Positions 10,884 through 25,381 of a stretch of 64,000 nt of DNA are shown here, piece by piece; position 1 is the stretch's first letter; every line of letters starts with the position of its first letter. Made by a program: the position numbers and the translations under genes. Below the pieces are notes generated by a model, which was not told where the DNA came from, did not search any database, and was given only the letters and a program-made list of their open reading frames with translations. The stretch comes from Eledone cirrhosa (taxonomy: Eukaryota): the NCBI GenBank assembly GCA_964016885.1, contig OZ024740.1:101122001-101186000 (forward strand), in the 5' to 3' direction.

Positions 10884-12606
10884 CATCATCATCATCATCG
10901 TTTAACGTCCATGTTCCACGCTTGCATGGGTTTGGACGGGAGTTTTCCCACTTGAGGCAAGAGTGGTTGTCTTGCTCTTATAGGACTGTCTAGCGGGTTT
11001 TCTATGGCTGGATGCCCTTCCTAACACCAACCACATTTACAGTGTGGGACTGGGAGGTTTTTACCGTGTTGCCTACACGGCCACATTACAGCGTGGACTG
11101 TGTGTTTTTCTGTCGTGACACCTACACGATCTCATTTGTTTCGGCCTGGATGTTGTGGCACCAACATAACTTTACATTGAAAGGGGCGTGGTGGTGGAGG
11201 GGGGGGGGGGTGTATTTTGTTAGAGATGCCTATTGACTGTAGTAGGTTTTACTTTGTATTTAGGTAAGGCGTGTCTTCTCTATTACTGAGTGCCGCCAAA
11301 GATCTCGGTCCAGTGACATTGTCTTGGAGAGATGTAAGTGTGTGAGGTCGGAGTTTATCAGGTCGTCCCAGGTTTTTCTGGGTCTGCCTACTCCGTGGCT
11401 ACCGTATATCTTTATTGCCCTGCACTTTTTTATACAGCTGTCGTCTTTCATGCGCATTACGTGACCATACCAACGTAGCCTTCTCTCGAGTAAACAACAT
11501 CTGATCCCTTTTATTTCTAATTTTTCCCTTAGTTCGTTTATGCTTTGCTGTTCGCGTATATTACTATTACACATCCAGCGGAGCATGCAAGCTTCGTTCC
11601 TCTCTAGTCTGCGTATATCCTCTGCACACAATGCCCAGGTCTCACTGCCATGCAACATTGCTGTTCGTATGCAGGCATCATACAGCCTGCCTTTCATTTT
11701 TAGGGAGAACCCTTTAGCGGCTAATAGTGGTATAAGCTCTCTGAACTTTTTCCATCCAGTTCTGACTCTAGCTTCTGTACTTTCAGAGCACCCTCCCCAA
11801 CTGCTGATTTTGTCACCCAGGTAACGGAAGCTGTCCACTATTTCTATAGAACCCTCTGCGCAATTGAAAGAGCTAGTATTTTGTGGGCACTTGCTGCTAC
11901 TTATTGCACCAGAGCACCGGCCACATGTAAAATCTATGTTCTTAGTTAGTTTACCTATGATCCCACTACATCTTTTATGCACCCATACTTTGCATTTGGG
12001 ACATAAAATGGAGTTTCTACCTATGCCTTTCCTACACACTGAGCATGGCCATTTCCCGGAAGGGACCGGTGCCTTATTTTCTTTCCTACAAACTAGAACT
12101 TTAGTCTTAGCCAGGTTAATTTTAAGGCCTTTTGATTCTAGGCCGTGCTTCCATGTTTGGAATTTCTTCTCTAGCTCGGCCATTGATTCAGCTATGAGCG
12201 TTAGATCATCTGCGTATAGGAGTTCCCATGAGCAGCCGGTCTTGAACTCCACTGTTATAGCCTGAAGGGCATTAATAAATAGTAGGGGGCTTAGAACAGA
12301 GCCCTGATGAACACCAACTTTTATGCTAAACTCTTCACTATATTCGTTGTTAATTCTAACCTTGCTGACTGTTTCTTTATACATGGCCTGTATAGCTCTC
12401 ACAAGCCATTCATCAACACCTAGTTTTCTAAGAGCCCACCAGATAATGGAACGGGGGACTCTGTCGAAGGCTTTCTCCAAGTCGACGAAAGCTAAGTATA
12501 GGGGTTTACTTTTAGCTAGGTACTTCTCCTGCAGTTGTCGAACAATGAAAAGAGCGTCTGTGGTACTTTTGCCTGACACAAACCCGAACTGCATTTCATT
12601 GTATCT
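10884..12606 (-). mobile_element. RTE-clade LINE (family A), 5'-truncated, RT ORF open
   Basis: ORF 11260..12624: QFGF, DLEKAFD, GVHQGSVLSPLLF, YADD, PHD-like C4HC3 insert, FRYLG, RLRWYGHV; 3' UTR and (GAT)n tail. Confidence 0.97.
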
Positions 12607-13399
12607 ATATATATATATATACAATCAGGGAAAAGCAGACGTAAAATGATGATGATGATGATGATGATATATACATTTATATTTATATACACATACACAC
12701 ACTTACTCTCAGGTCTTGAATGATGCCCACCCCCTTGCGCTTATTAAATTTTGCTAATTAATTTCTGGTGAAATTTTATTGTATTTCATTCACATAGATG
12801 CAGCAGCTGGAGAATCTAATAATTTTATTTTACTTTAAAAAACATTTTATATGACAAAAAAGTACATTCAAGGAATCAAATATTTACGAATGTACGCTAT
12901 ACAATTACCAGTCCCCACCAACCGCTTATAAGAACATAAGCAAATGTACAACACACACCCCTTATTCCACACCCCTTACTATTTGGACTTGAAAGTATAT
13001 AGTGATTGAACAAGTAACATATCTCAAAATGGGGAGCATTCAATATACTAATTATACAGTTAAAATAATTCTAGAATTTTTTCAAACCATGTTACAAATT
13101 CTTTTAGACAACAAAGTCTTCATTCAGCCTAAAATGATCAGACACGTTTGAAGGCTGGTTATGTCAACACATATGTGATGAGTGGACACTGAGTAAAGTC
13201 TACTGAGCCATCACTGCTTTCAATCTGAAACTACTTGTAACATGTTTTAACATGTATAAAATGTACATGAATATATTCATATACATATATATATATATAT
13301 ATGTGTGTATCCTTTTGTATTATACCAATATACCACAACTCTCCAATACTTTTTTTCTCCCATTCCACACTTTCCTCCATCTTCCCTGAATTATTACTG

Positions 13400-13520
13400 T
13401 CACCAAAACATTCTCTATTCTGAATGTTTCTATCTTCCGATAAAAGACTACTGACCTAAATATTAAGAATTTTTTCCAACTATAGCAAGTATTAAACTAA
13501 TATACCATCATACTAGTGTA
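13400..13520 (+). mobile_element. Decayed copy of the hammerhead-bearing PLE-type fragment at 60980-61222
   Basis: tccgataaaagactactgacctaaatattaagaat...ctatagcaagtattaaactaatatacc aligns by eye to the reverse complement of 61020-61100. Confidence 0.55.
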
Positions 13521-13586
13521 TTGAGCTTCCTTGTTGACATTTCTTATGTCTATCGATCATCTCCTCCCCCCGTATCTCTCTCTCTT

Positions 13587-13624
<38 letters not shown>

Positions 13625-14799
13625 TATATATATATATATATATATATAAGGAGAGAGAAAAAGCGAGAGCGAGTGAGATAAAGATTAAAGATTGAAGCAT
13701 TTTATATCGTTAATTAGAATTTCACTTTATCAATTATTCAAGCGATATTTTAATAATTGGCAATGTGGAACCAGTGTATTAATTCAAGAAGCTTCAGTTT
13801 CTAATAATATATGCAAACTTTACTTTATTACTTTCTGTATTAAGTACTTTATTCATTCATAAATTTAAATTATATATATATATACATATTTACATAAAGA
13901 GAGAGAAAGAGGGAGAGTGAGAGATACATATGGTATAGTCTTACATCTGATATATGTAATGCAGTGATTTGAAAAACTAAAATTACCTGAGAATTAGAAC
14001 AATTAGAACAAAAACATCTGCTACATCATCATCTTCATTAACATTCATTTATTAATGCTGACGTGGTTTGGATGGGTTGTTACTGACCAAGTTATTAATT
14101 AGTTGGTGTTACCCTCCTCCTAGACAGGTTGGTGGTGATACATCTAGCTTACATACGTTTCAGTTTTGACATGGTTTGAATGACATCTGACCTATCACCA
14201 ACCATCTTATAGAATATATAGAGGACTTTTATCTTGAAACCATCACGAGAAATATTGTTATGTCGTTGACACAACAGATGAGTCCTTTCAATGCATTGTT
14301 TGGCAAAGATGTTATGACTGGATGCCCTTCTTAACACCAAGCACTTTACAGAATGTACTGACTCATTTTTATCATGAAACAGCACATGGTTATCAGTATA
14401 TGGTTTGACTAAAAAACTCTCTTCACTGGAGATGATGGTGGAATCCTTATCCTAAGGTAGATGTGTTTATGGAATGAGAATGGGATGAGGATTTTCAAAA
14501 TCTAAAAAATAGTAAACAAAGTAGAAAATATCAGCTAATGTACTTTGCAGAGGATCTTGCATTTATAGTCAATTTTTTTTACATCTGTTTTTCCATTAGA
14601 TTTAGCATGTGTTTTGAAAATCAAAATAGTAATACCTATGGAGGTATTTATTCATCAATGTATTCTTCATTGCTTTCAATAACCTTATTCCAGCAGTCAA
14701 CAAGCTTACATGAGCTATTTTTATAAAATTTCTTAGGTTTTGATATGACTAACTTATTTTAAACCTTTTCTTTTATTGTTAGCCTATGTCGATCAAAAT

Positions 14800-15070
14800 G
14801 ATTTTGCAAACTAAATAAATGATAATCAGAAGGAGTAAGGTTGGGAAAATATGGTGGGTGCAGAGGTTGAGTTCTTGCAGGAGTTCATGTACATGTACAG
14901 TGTGAGGATGAGCGTTATGATCGAGAATGATCCTTTTTCAGTTTCCCTAAGGAAGGCGATTTTGTCCATGGCTATATTCAAATGAAGTTGTTTGCTGTAA
15001 ACTTTAGCTATGATTGTTTGATTATCGTTTAACAATTCATGATAAACAATTCCTTCATATCCCATGATAC
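14800..15070 (-). mobile_element. Mariner (Tc1/mariner) transposase relic
   Basis: YEGIVYHELL..NQTI.A.VYSKQL and HPPYFPNLTPSDYHLF, matching the mariner YSPDLAPSDYHLF motif; frameshifted. Confidence 0.85.
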
Positions 15071-16836
15071 ATCTAACACTACTGGAATATCATTGATCAT
15101 AGTTCTGCTTGATAAAATTTGAATTAGAAATAAACAACAAAATCTTACAACTATATTCTAGTATGGTATACAAATAGCAATTCATCTTTCATCTACCATA
15201 TACTGTGAAACAATTCACTACATTGAGTGAAACCCTAAATACTAAACCTTTAAAACTTCTATAGTACAAAAAAGCATGGTAAAAAACATTTAACCAGAAC
15301 AAAGTGAAGAAAAGGGTGAATTAATTACTCATAAATATTTAACAATCATCATTATTTAATGTTTGTTTCTCTGCTAGAAATATGAAGCATTGAAAAATTT
15401 GAAATTTGAAAAGTAGTTCTCCCAAACAGGTTTACAATTCTCTAAAAGATGGCAATCAGTAGCCAGGGCCTCCTTAGCATAATGGCATAATTCCCCTGTC
15501 TGGCTTTCGAGAGATGCAGTGTCTAATTCCTCACAGATGTCTCTGTCCACTTTTCTGTCTTCACATTGCTTTACTTGATTTTTTAACTAGTATTTTTAGT
15601 AATCAACTTTTATTATAATCAACTGCATTGGGACAACTGCATTTCAAATGTTTACAATGCTTCATATACACAGGCACTGACATACACACACACTCTTTCA
15701 CATACACACACACACACACACATATATATTTAAGCATGAGAGTATTTTTGTATTTTTGTGTGTTGTCTTCCATTCAACTTGGTATAATGTACTTTAAGAA
15801 GTAAATTGAAGCATATGTATGGGTTTGGTTTTGTGTGTGTGCATGTGTAATGTGTGTGAGTTTTGAATATTGGTACAATCACATTAGACATGACCTGGGC
15901 CAATACTTGCTGAAAGTTATAAAAGTTTTATATATATATATATATATGCGTGTATATTAAAAATGTAATGTACCTATATAAGTATGTATATAAATTTAAG
16001 TGTGTGCGTTTGTATGTCTGTGTGCTTCTGTTGGTGTCAGAGAAAGAAAAGAAGAGAATTTTTTCGTTGTTGATGTTTTTTCTTTCTTGGTTTCAGTAAA
16101 CATTTCAAAAGCATTCATATATTTTAAAATGACTTAATAAATAGTATATTATGATTTATATACTCTTGCTAGTTTCTTCCTATTTTTGGAAATTTAGAAC
16201 CAGCTCTGGATACATAAAATAACTGAATGAAATCAATGACAAGTGAACTACCTTCAGATATTCCCTATGTGTATTAATAATATATCATTGATTTCATTTC
16301 TTCCTGTTGTGTCTCTCAGTGATAAAATGCTTTTGGAATGTTGCTTGTCCTGGTTAATAAATTTTATTACTCTAGGGTCAGTAAGGTTATATTTTTTATT
16401 GCTTTAATTATCTAACAGACAGGATATTGGTTGGCTGGTTGGTAGTCTACTAGTCTAGAGATAGTGTGGTGCTGAGTTTGTCCTGATTTTTAATCTTCAT
16501 TTTGGGACAAGAATAGCAGGTCTCTAAAATTCTAAGATGGTATTCTATCTGCTGCCAAGGCATTTAACTAAATTATTGTAGTCATGGAATTGGCAGAAGC
16601 AGTAGAGCATTGGGTAAATGAAGTGTCTTGTAGTATATACTGGAGGATTTTTCATTCTGAATTCAAAGGTTAACTTTGCTTTTAATCCTTTTATAGGCAG
16701 TAAATAAAGTACCAGCCTTACCTAATGACCCTCAAATAGATTTACCCAAAGCTGACCCTCAACAAAACTCAAATTAACACTAGAGTACTGCTCACATATC
16801 TAGGACGTTTATATAATCATATTTATTTTATTATAT

Positions 16837-17182
16837 GAGGCACATGGAGGCACATGGCTTAGTGGTTAGAACATTGGCCTTGCAATCGAAAGGTTGTGAG
16901 TTCAATTCTCAGACCGGGTGATGTGTTGTTTCCTTGAGCAAGACACTTTATTTCACATTGCTCCAGTTTACTCAGCTGTAGAAATGAGATGATAGGGACT
17001 GGGGTCCCTATCATTCTACTGCAAAGTGGTCGTGGAGGTGCCACAGCAAAAAAGGACCCAGCACTCACTGTAAATGAGGTTGGCGTTAGGAAGGGCATCC
17101 AGCTGTAGAAATCAAGCCAGAATCAGTTCCCGTCCCACCCTTGCAAGCAGGGAAAAAGCGGACGTAAAATGAAATGATAATG
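16837..17182 (+). mobile_element. tRNA-derived CORE-type SINE with RTE tail and 16-bp TSD
   Basis: A-box TGGCTTAGTGG, B-box GAGTTCAATTC, CORE-like CCTTGAGCAAGACACTTT...CAGCTGTAGAAATG. TSD atttattttattatat at 16821-16836 and 17183-17198. Confidence 0.92.
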
Positions 17183-17689
17183 ATTTATTTTATTATATAT
17201 TTGTCCCAGTTCTTTTTGTCTAAGTTCAAATCCTGTCTTACATCACCACTTGACATGCTGGGGCTTGTAAAAATGTCCATTTTATAAGTGTAAGCATTTG
17301 AGCCAGCTCTCTGGTTTGTGGACACATTTGCCCCTCCTTTCCACTTTTCTTAGGACTCTGAGACAAGTCATGAGCTCTACCTTTCCTTGAGGCTAGGCAA
17401 TAAAAAGAATATAAATTGTGTTGTCATTCCAGTAAATTTGAAGAGCATTTCATCAGTTGCAGCACTGAGTTCAACTCTTCCTGTAAACATGGATGTAAAA
17501 ATGATGATGAATCCTCCATCAGTTTCAGCTATCAGTATTCAATTTTTTTATCAACATTATGTCTAACTCAGGAGTCAACAAATAGTTGGTTGAGCATTTG
17601 ACAGACCTGTGTACTCTTAATGTAATTCTCAAACTGAGTCAATGTAACACGATATGACAGGGCTGGACTTTTGCATTAGATGTACAATC

Positions 17690-17850
17690 CACCTGGTGTG
17701 TTTTCAAATAGTAACCATCTACCAAATTTCACTCACAATTCTTAGGTCAACCCAAGATTATAGTAAAAACGCTTGCCCAAGCTTCCACGTGATGTGATTG
17801 AACTTGAGACCTCTTGATTGCACAGGAAATGTCTTAATCACTCAGCCATG
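17690..17850 (-). mobile_element. Old tRNA-derived CORE-type SINE
   Basis: Reverse complement TGGCTGAGTGATTAAG...AAGTTCAATC...CTTGGGCAAGCG; related to 55535-55790. Confidence 0.55.
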
Positions 17851-17988
17851 TCTGTGTCCATGAAGAAAATATGAAAGAAGGGCAGCCATTTTAGCAGTAG
17901 TCTTGTTCTGAACCAGAATCTTAATGTCTGCCATTCATTTTTATCTTAATATCTACTGTTCTTGTTAGCAGAGAAAGCAGATGTTAAA

Positions 17989-18152
17989 TAATTGTTTCTA
18001 CTTTTGGCACAAGGCCAGCAATTACCCAGTACATTATTGGTACTTTATTTTATCGACCTCGCAAGGATGAAAGGCAAAGTTAACCTCGCCGGGATTTGAA
18101 CTCAGATTGTAAAGGGAAGTAACTATGCTGGAAAGCATGTCCGACCCTCTAC
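17989..18152 (-). mobile_element. Meta/MESC-type SINE
   Basis: Reverse complement of the 25200-25388 SINE sequence. Confidence 0.85.
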
Positions 18153-18774
18153 AGATGTTAAATAATGATGATAGCTCAGCAAAGATTGCAATGGAAATGT
18201 AACTGTTTGAGACATCCTAAATAGATAGCCTCAAATCTAGTTCTCTGTCATTGAACACATGGGCAGATGAACTGGGAAGACAATTAACTAAAGTCATTGA
18301 CATATTTTAAAAATACTATATAAATACAAATAGTAATGGAAGATGAAGACATCTAGTATAGTTGTTTCCTTGGTCCAATCAGAAGACAAGATAAGATGAG
18401 AGAGATGAGATTATAGTATTCAACTGGTATTTCATTTTATCATCCCTGGAAGGATGAAAGGCAAAGCTGACATAAGCAGGAGTTTTGTAAAACAAAATTC
18501 ACCAAGCCATTCAAAACTTACTTTCAAATCATACCCTACCATCTTGCAAAGAGACCTGATTGAATAATATAGTCTAGGGTGCATTGTCAAAAATAGGGTA
18601 GGTTAATATTGCTGGAATGTATTTAATAATATGCCTGACCTGAAGATAAACAACAATTACAACTAAATCACCAATGACATCATCAAGATCAAATATATTG
18701 AAAAATAAATCAATAGCATTTACATCAATTTAGATCTTCAAAATACCAACAATATATTTTTGAAAAATAAAGTA

Positions 18775-19200
18775 AACATCAATATCAATTACAATATTAA
18801 TAACATCAACACAACGTCTGTAACAACATCAACATCTATAACATCAACATCAATAACAACAACACCAATATCCCCATCAATAACAACACCAATAACATCA
18901 ACATCAATATTAGCATCAATAACAACATCGTCATCAATAACAATAACACCAACATCAACATCTATAATAACATCAACATCAATAACAACACAAATAACAT
19001 CAATAACAACATTGTCAATAACAACAACAATAATAACATAATAACATCAACATCTATAATAACATCAATAAAATTAATATCCACATCTATAACAACATAC
19101 ATAACAACATCAATGTTATTAATAATATTAACATCAATAACAATTATAATATCAATATCAACACCAATAACAACATCATCAATAACAACAATATCATTAC
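18775..19200. repeat. Low-complexity AAC/ATC/AAT-rich repeat
   Basis: Degenerate aacatcaataacaac reiterations. Confidence 0.85.
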
Positions 19201-21479
19201 AATAGGAACTAACAAAAGAGGATCTACACAGTCATTCAACCTGCTAGAAAAAGCAACCAAATCATATTATGCTGTACCATCTTAGAAAACGCAAAACAGA
19301 TTAGATAATGTATTTATGTATTTATACATATATTCTAAATAAAGATGGAAGGTCACAGCTGGAATTACTTTCATTATAGATCTGCTGAGACCATGGCTGA
19401 GTGAAGGTCAAACAAAAATAAAAAGATATAGTCATGTCTGGAATGGCTTTGATTGTATGTCAGCCAAAACAAGGTTGACCTGGAGCTAAGCAGCAAGAAA
19501 GAAATTTATTAATATCCAATGTTGAAATGGGCAGCCATTAAATTTTTGCTATGGATATTCTTTTACATTTTTACTGGTTCCAGTCATTAAATTGCAGCCA
19601 TTCTGGGGTACTGTCTTTAAAATCAACTATAAGGATCCTCGTGCATATATTCATAAAGTCTGCTTTTATTGATTGCTTTTCCTTGAACTGTTAAATCATG
19701 GATTATAAACAAACAGACAGGGACATGCACATATATCATCATCATTATCATCACCCTTTAACGTCCATTTTTCCATGCATGCATGGGTTAAACAGGTCCT
19801 CTACATTATGATACAAGTCTGGCCAGTTGCGCATGCTGTACACTACTGATCAGAACTGTATTTTGCTTGGTAGTTTTACAGCTGGATGCCCATCCTAAAG
19901 GCAACCATGTTTACAGTGTGAAACTGGGTCATCATGACATATATAGATACATCTGATGAGCCTATATATATAGTTTCTCTCTTCCAAATTTTACCCAAGA
20001 AGAATTGTTTAATAGGGAGCTACAGTAGAAGACACTTTTCCAATGTACAATGCAGTCAGGCTTGTTACCAGTATTTTGGATTCAGCAAAGCATCAGAACC
20101 TTCTGATAGGGCATTCTAATTCCCAATAATTTCTAAGGTGAAGATCCACATTAAAATATCACCATAAATTGGAGTAAATATAAGCATATGACCATAAATT
20201 TTACTAAATATGAGCATGCACTACTGAAAAGTGAGGCACAGTGACATCTAGTGCTCCCTCTGCTTGGTGATAAGCCTGCATACATTTAGACTGAATCCAA
20301 AACCATGTGGTTGCAAAGCAAATTTCTTATCCACATAACTATCCCTGAGCCTCTTTTACTTTTTATTAGATCATGACCTCGATTGGCAATATCAGTAGAA
20401 CATTTGACAACATGCTTTATAGCATAAAGTTACATTCCTTTACATTCTGAGTTCAAATCCTGCCACGGTTAGCTTTACATTTCATCCTCAGTCCCAGTAT
20501 TGCACTGGAGTTGATTTAACTGACTCCCCCCCCCCCCCAAGATTGTTATCCTTGTGCCTAAATCAGAAACCATTATATCATGACCTTTATGTTGTGACAT
20601 TATATCATGACCTATATATTAAGATGTTTTTATGTATTAACCTTTATATTGATCATGCAATCAATAGGTTATTTGTCATCGAAACCCTGACTGATTTGCA
20701 TGTTAACTAAAATCATTGTACATATTTGCAAGCACAAATTTACATACATAAATCCTCATTCACATGTACACATATTTACATAAAGTAAATATAACTCCGT
20801 TGATCATCTGAACTACCTCCTCATTGAATTCACATGTAAATGTGGATCAAATCAAGTCTGGATCAAATCAGTAACTAATCAGAGCAACTTCTTTCCTAAA
20901 TTAGCTTCAGAACCACATTCTATTTACATATCGTTTAGGTCTTGCATGATATCTAAGGCTGGATCCCTTTCCTCATGCCAACTACTTTACAGGTCACACT
21001 GAGTGCATTTTATAGTTGCAGTAGTACTAGGGAGGGGAGTTATTATGTCCTTGGCATGAATGAAAAGTGTTCTTAAATCCTTTTGGCATGGTTTCTATGA
21101 CTGAATGCCCAACCTAATAGCAACTGCTTTACGCTATTTTTTTTAATTATTATAAAACCAAAGCAGTAATAAGTTAGATACAAAAGAATATATAAATTCA
21201 AGATTCTTTTTTTCTCAACACAGACAAAAATTATTGTTTGTTCATATATTTTAAATGTTAGCATCAATTAGATATTTGTTCTTTTTGCATTGGTTTTGTC
21301 TGCTTTTTTTTTTGTATCATTTTAACTTATTGTATTTACATTTCCCCAGGCTAAAACATATGGGAACAATTTTTCTTTTTAATTAGTTTATTTATTTTCC
21401 AATTTTGGATAATTGCCTCAGAATTGTTTTGATAACATTTTTTTCTTCAAATAACTGAATGCTTTTTTTAATATTTATT

Positions 21480-21510
<31 letters not shown>

Positions 21511-21865
21511 CTTACTATTTATTATTATTATTATTCCGTTTTTTTTTTTGTTTTTTTTTTGCTTTGAACCACTCAAATGAGAAGTCAATAGTGACAATTT
21601 TTTTTTACCAACTTGACAGACTGACAGACTGAGGCAGGCAAAGTAATATATATAATTGGATACTTCTTCAGCTTGTAAACATTTAGGGCATTATGTCTCC
21701 AAATAGGAATATTTTACAATAGAATGTCTTTGCAACAATCACTCAACTTATTGCCAGTTAAAACATTTATTCTTTTATAATTTATTAGTCTAAAAGGAAA
21801 GGACACAATCAATAATAATTTTAGACTCTTAGAGATAAATAAAGGAGTTGCAATCATGATTAGGT

Positions 21866-22130
21866 GAAGGTGCAGGGCCTATTAGTTAGCGTTTTGAGAT
21901 TACAATCATAAGGTCATGGGTTTGATTCCTGGAATAGGTGGTATATTGTTATCCTTGAGCAAAACATTCATTCCATGTTGATCCAGTTCACTCAACAGAA
22001 ACAAAATAAGTATCAGCAACAGCTAGGTATCAATACTGCAATGGATGTCATCTAGTCTTGCAGTCTCAGTTATTTAATACCCATGAAACTGAGATAAGCT
22101 CCAGTCTGATGAGCCTTTTTGGTTTGGTAT
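21866..22130 (+). mobile_element. Old CORE-type SINE with a different tail
   Basis: gaaggtgcagggcctattagttag...gggtttgattcc...ccttgagcaaaacatt...gagataagctccagtctgatgagcc. Confidence 0.6.
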
Positions 22131-22139
22131 TTAATAATA

Positions 22140-23150
22140 ATAATAATTGTTTCTACTTTAGGCACAAGGCCACCAATTGGAAGGGGAGGGGAAAGTCAAT
22201 TAAAACCCAGGAACATGACTGGTACTTCATTTTATCGACCCCCATATGGATGAATGGCAAAGCTAGCCCCAATAATAATGACCCAAAGGAATTTTGGCTA
22301 TTGGCTATGGCTCGCTCTTTTGGTATAGTGCTGGTATAACATCTGCCAGAGCAGAAGCATTAGGAATGATAATAATAATGCTTTCTACAATATGCACAAG
22401 GCCAACAATTTGGGGGGAGGGGAAATTCGATTAAAGTGACCCAGTGCATTACTAGTGCTTTATTTTATCGACCCCATAAGGATGAAATGTAAAGTTAACC
22501 TGGCGGGATTTGAACTAAGAACATGAAGGACCATAACTCCTATGCTGTAAAGAATGATGTCTCATGCTTGGTTTCAGATTCAAGTACAAAGCCAACAATT
22601 TTGGGCGAGGAGAAAGTCAATTAAAATGACTCCAATGCTTTATTTTATCGACTCCGTAAGGATGAAAAGCAAAGCTAACTTCAGTGCTATTTGAACCCAG
22701 AAAGTAAAGGACCATAACTCTATGCTGCAAAGCATGTTGTCTTGTGCTCTACCAATACTGCTAATAATAGTTGTTTCTACTTTTGGCACAAGGCCAACAA
22801 TTATCCCAGTGCATTACTGGTACTTTATTTTATCGACCTCGTAAGGATGAAAGGCAAAGTTTACCTCGGCAGCAATTAAACTCAGAACGTAAAGGGCCAT
22901 AACTCTATGCTGCAAATCATGGTGTCTGACGCTCTATCGATACTGCCAATCCAATAATAATAACAATAATAATAATAATAATTGTTTCTATTTTTAGCAC
23001 AAGGGCAGCAATTATCCAGTACATTACTGGTACTTTATTTTATCGACCTGTAAGGATGAAAGGCAAAGTTAACCTCGGCAGGAATAATTGCTTCTCACTT
23101 TTGACACAAGGCCAGCAATTTGAAGGGGATTAAAATGAAGTTGATTAAAA
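22140..23150 (-). mobile_element. Array of about 6 head-to-tail Meta/MESC-type SINEs separated by (AAT)n
   Basis: Repeated ttgtttctacttttggcacaaggcc...ttattttatcgacc...ggatgaaaggcaaagttaacc units starting at about 22146, 22378, 22570, 22771, 22981 and 23087. Confidence 0.85.
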
Positions 23151-23319
23151 TGACTGAAGAAGGTTAATGCTCAGTTTGAGTGGAAAGTTGCTAAGAATGA
23201 GGAGACCAATATGTATTAGCAGCTGTAACTATCCTGTCACTTGGTATATTAAGGACGACACCCTTCTTATTTAAGATGGTGGGTGTGGTTTAAGCCAGTT
23301 TAGGAGAGCTGTTTCTAGC

Positions 23320-23590
23320 ATCTCTTTCTATTGTTACTACAATGGTCTCTGCTCCTTGGAGCTTGCTAATCTTGTGCTACTCCCACTCAGACACTCCCAA
23401 CAACTTCTCACTCCTCATATCACTTAGGTTGTGTTTCCCTCCATCATATTAAGCACTACACCCAGCCCTACTTCTTTCTCAGAATGTTAGACCTCTGGAA
23501 CTCACTCCTCAGGTATTTTCAAAAGGAGTAGACCTGTAATGGCATAAACCTCTCAAGTCTCAGAAGGCCAGAGGCATCACTCCTTTCTCA
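23320..23590 (+). mobile_element. Degraded CR1/Jockey-group LINE 3' fragment
   Basis: Translates to LFYCYYNGLCSLELANL...FFLRMLDLWNSL, resembling the RT C-terminal LFY.YY.G.CS...SFF.R...LWNSLP motif. Confidence 0.55.
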
Positions 23591-25006
23591 AGACCTATCA
23601 AATAGAAAAATATGAAAGCCTGCAGAAAAAATGTTTGCAGGTAAGAGAAAGGATGATGTTCTTGAAATGAAGAACAGGGAAATCTATTAAGTTCATTGTT
23701 TAAGAGTACAAAGAGAGGTAATAAATGCAAGAAAGACAGATAGGTACATTAAGTAGAGTTTCAATAAATGATGTATGTATTGAATGAAGATTAAAAGTTG
23801 TTATAATTATATTAGAAAGTTGTGAGTGGAGATATTTTATTGTGTGACAGCATTTATAGAAATTGATAAATGAAGGATGTCTGCTTTTCAGTTGAATGAT
23901 TCTTCTAGGATTTACTCAAGAATGTTTACTTATATAGATGCATAGTGGATAAATACATATAAATCTAAATATAGCCTCATACCCAAGGAACTCTTCATCA
24001 GGTACAACAAAGTAAAATAGTTGTAAATTTTGTTATACTGTATGTCATTCTATCTTTGGTAACATTCCTAAATAATTGGAGTCCAGATATTTTGGAGTCA
24101 CAGAGTTTTTATATATTTAGTCTAGATGTATTGAACACCTGTTTGGTTTAACATAGGATGCAGTCATTGACTTTCCATCATGTTTCTGGGTTTGTAATAT
24201 CAGAACATGGTGGTTGGCAGTCTTTTTTGGTTTACATCAGCCTCTGACCTGAAGATAGAAAGAATTAACTTTTTGGTATCATATTTCTAATGAAAATTGC
24301 TGCCTATAATTTTCAAATAATTTAGAAGGTAATCATGTATTTTGAAGGATTTAGCAATATAGCTAACTTTCTCATCATTGAGCTGTTTGGAGCATAACAA
24401 AGGTTATTACACAGACATATGAAGGAGGATTTGAAATAAATGTAAATAATTTAAGCATTTGATACCAAACCACTTGAGACTGGCCCTAGTTCTATGTTTA
24501 AAAACTATTTATTAAGTGTTTATATATGTATCTTAAATCCTTCCATCATTATTTTATGTAAAAGTCTTTGTTAAGTTCTGCCCCAAACAGCAGATAAATA
24601 ACTAGTTAGATAACTTAATACCTGTAAATTCTTGATTATTTAAAAATCATTTGTCTTTCTTTAGAAATATGATAACAGAAGGGTTCAAATAATCCAGAGA
24701 CAGTTTTTGGCAGTTTCATAACAAAATGGTTATGAGCATGATATAATGTTTTTAGCAAGGGCAGATCTTTTCCAATTTGGGGTTGTATTCTCAATTGTAG
24801 ATTAGCAGAGAGCTCAGAAAGTTGAATGCTGTAATGAACATTTTTCTGTGTGTTTTTTTTTTCTGATTAGAAATTATCATATTCATATTTTAAAATATAT
24901 GGGAAGCTTTTTTATGTTTGTCTGTATATGTAGTGATAATTGTGGTGGTTGTTGTGATGGAGTAGAATTAATAACTTCTGTATGCGTCATTATTACCTGA
25001 CAGACA

Positions 25007-25381
25007 GGGCGGTGAATTGGCAGTATCGGTAGAGGGTTGGACGCCATGCTTTGATGTATAGAGTTACGGCCCTTGCCATTCTGAGTTCAAATCCCACCGA
25101 GGTTAACTTTGCCTTTCATCCATACGGGGTCGATAAAATAAAGTACCAGTAATGCACTGGATATTTGCTGGCCTTGTGCCAAAAGTAGAAACAATTATAG
25201 GCGGTGAATTGGCAGTATTGGTAGAGGGTCGCACATGCTTTCCAGCATAGTTACGTCCCTTTACGATCTGAGTTCAAATCCCGTAGAGGTTAACTTTGCC
25301 TTTCATCTTTACGGGGCCGATAAAATAAAGTACCAATAATGTACTGGCATAATTGCTGGCCTTGTGCCAAAAGTAGAAACA
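25007..25381 (+). mobile_element. Dimer of Meta/MESC-type SINEs within one 18-bp TSD
   Basis: Monomers at 25007-25198 and 25200-25381; TSD attattacctgacagaca at 24989-25006 and 25382-25399. Confidence 0.92.

Noticed and set aside
15469-15545. tRNA-like sequence
   Set aside because: T-arm/B-box and acceptor stem do not pair; at most a decayed SINE head.
18760-19041. Thr/Ser/Ile-rich 93-aa ORF resembling a mucin
   Set aside because: It is the translation of a low-complexity AAC/ATC repeat; no splice or coding evidence.
22086-22125. GAAAC...CTGATGAG hammerhead-like words
   Set aside because: The order and stems do not form a hammerhead; this is a SINE tail.
22140-23150. Regularly spaced repeats suggestive of a CRISPR array
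   Set aside because: These are eukaryotic SINE copies with no unique spacers and no cas genes.
23512-23646. Exon-like segment ending CAG|GTAAGA
   Set aside because: All frames are closed and it overlaps a LINE relic.
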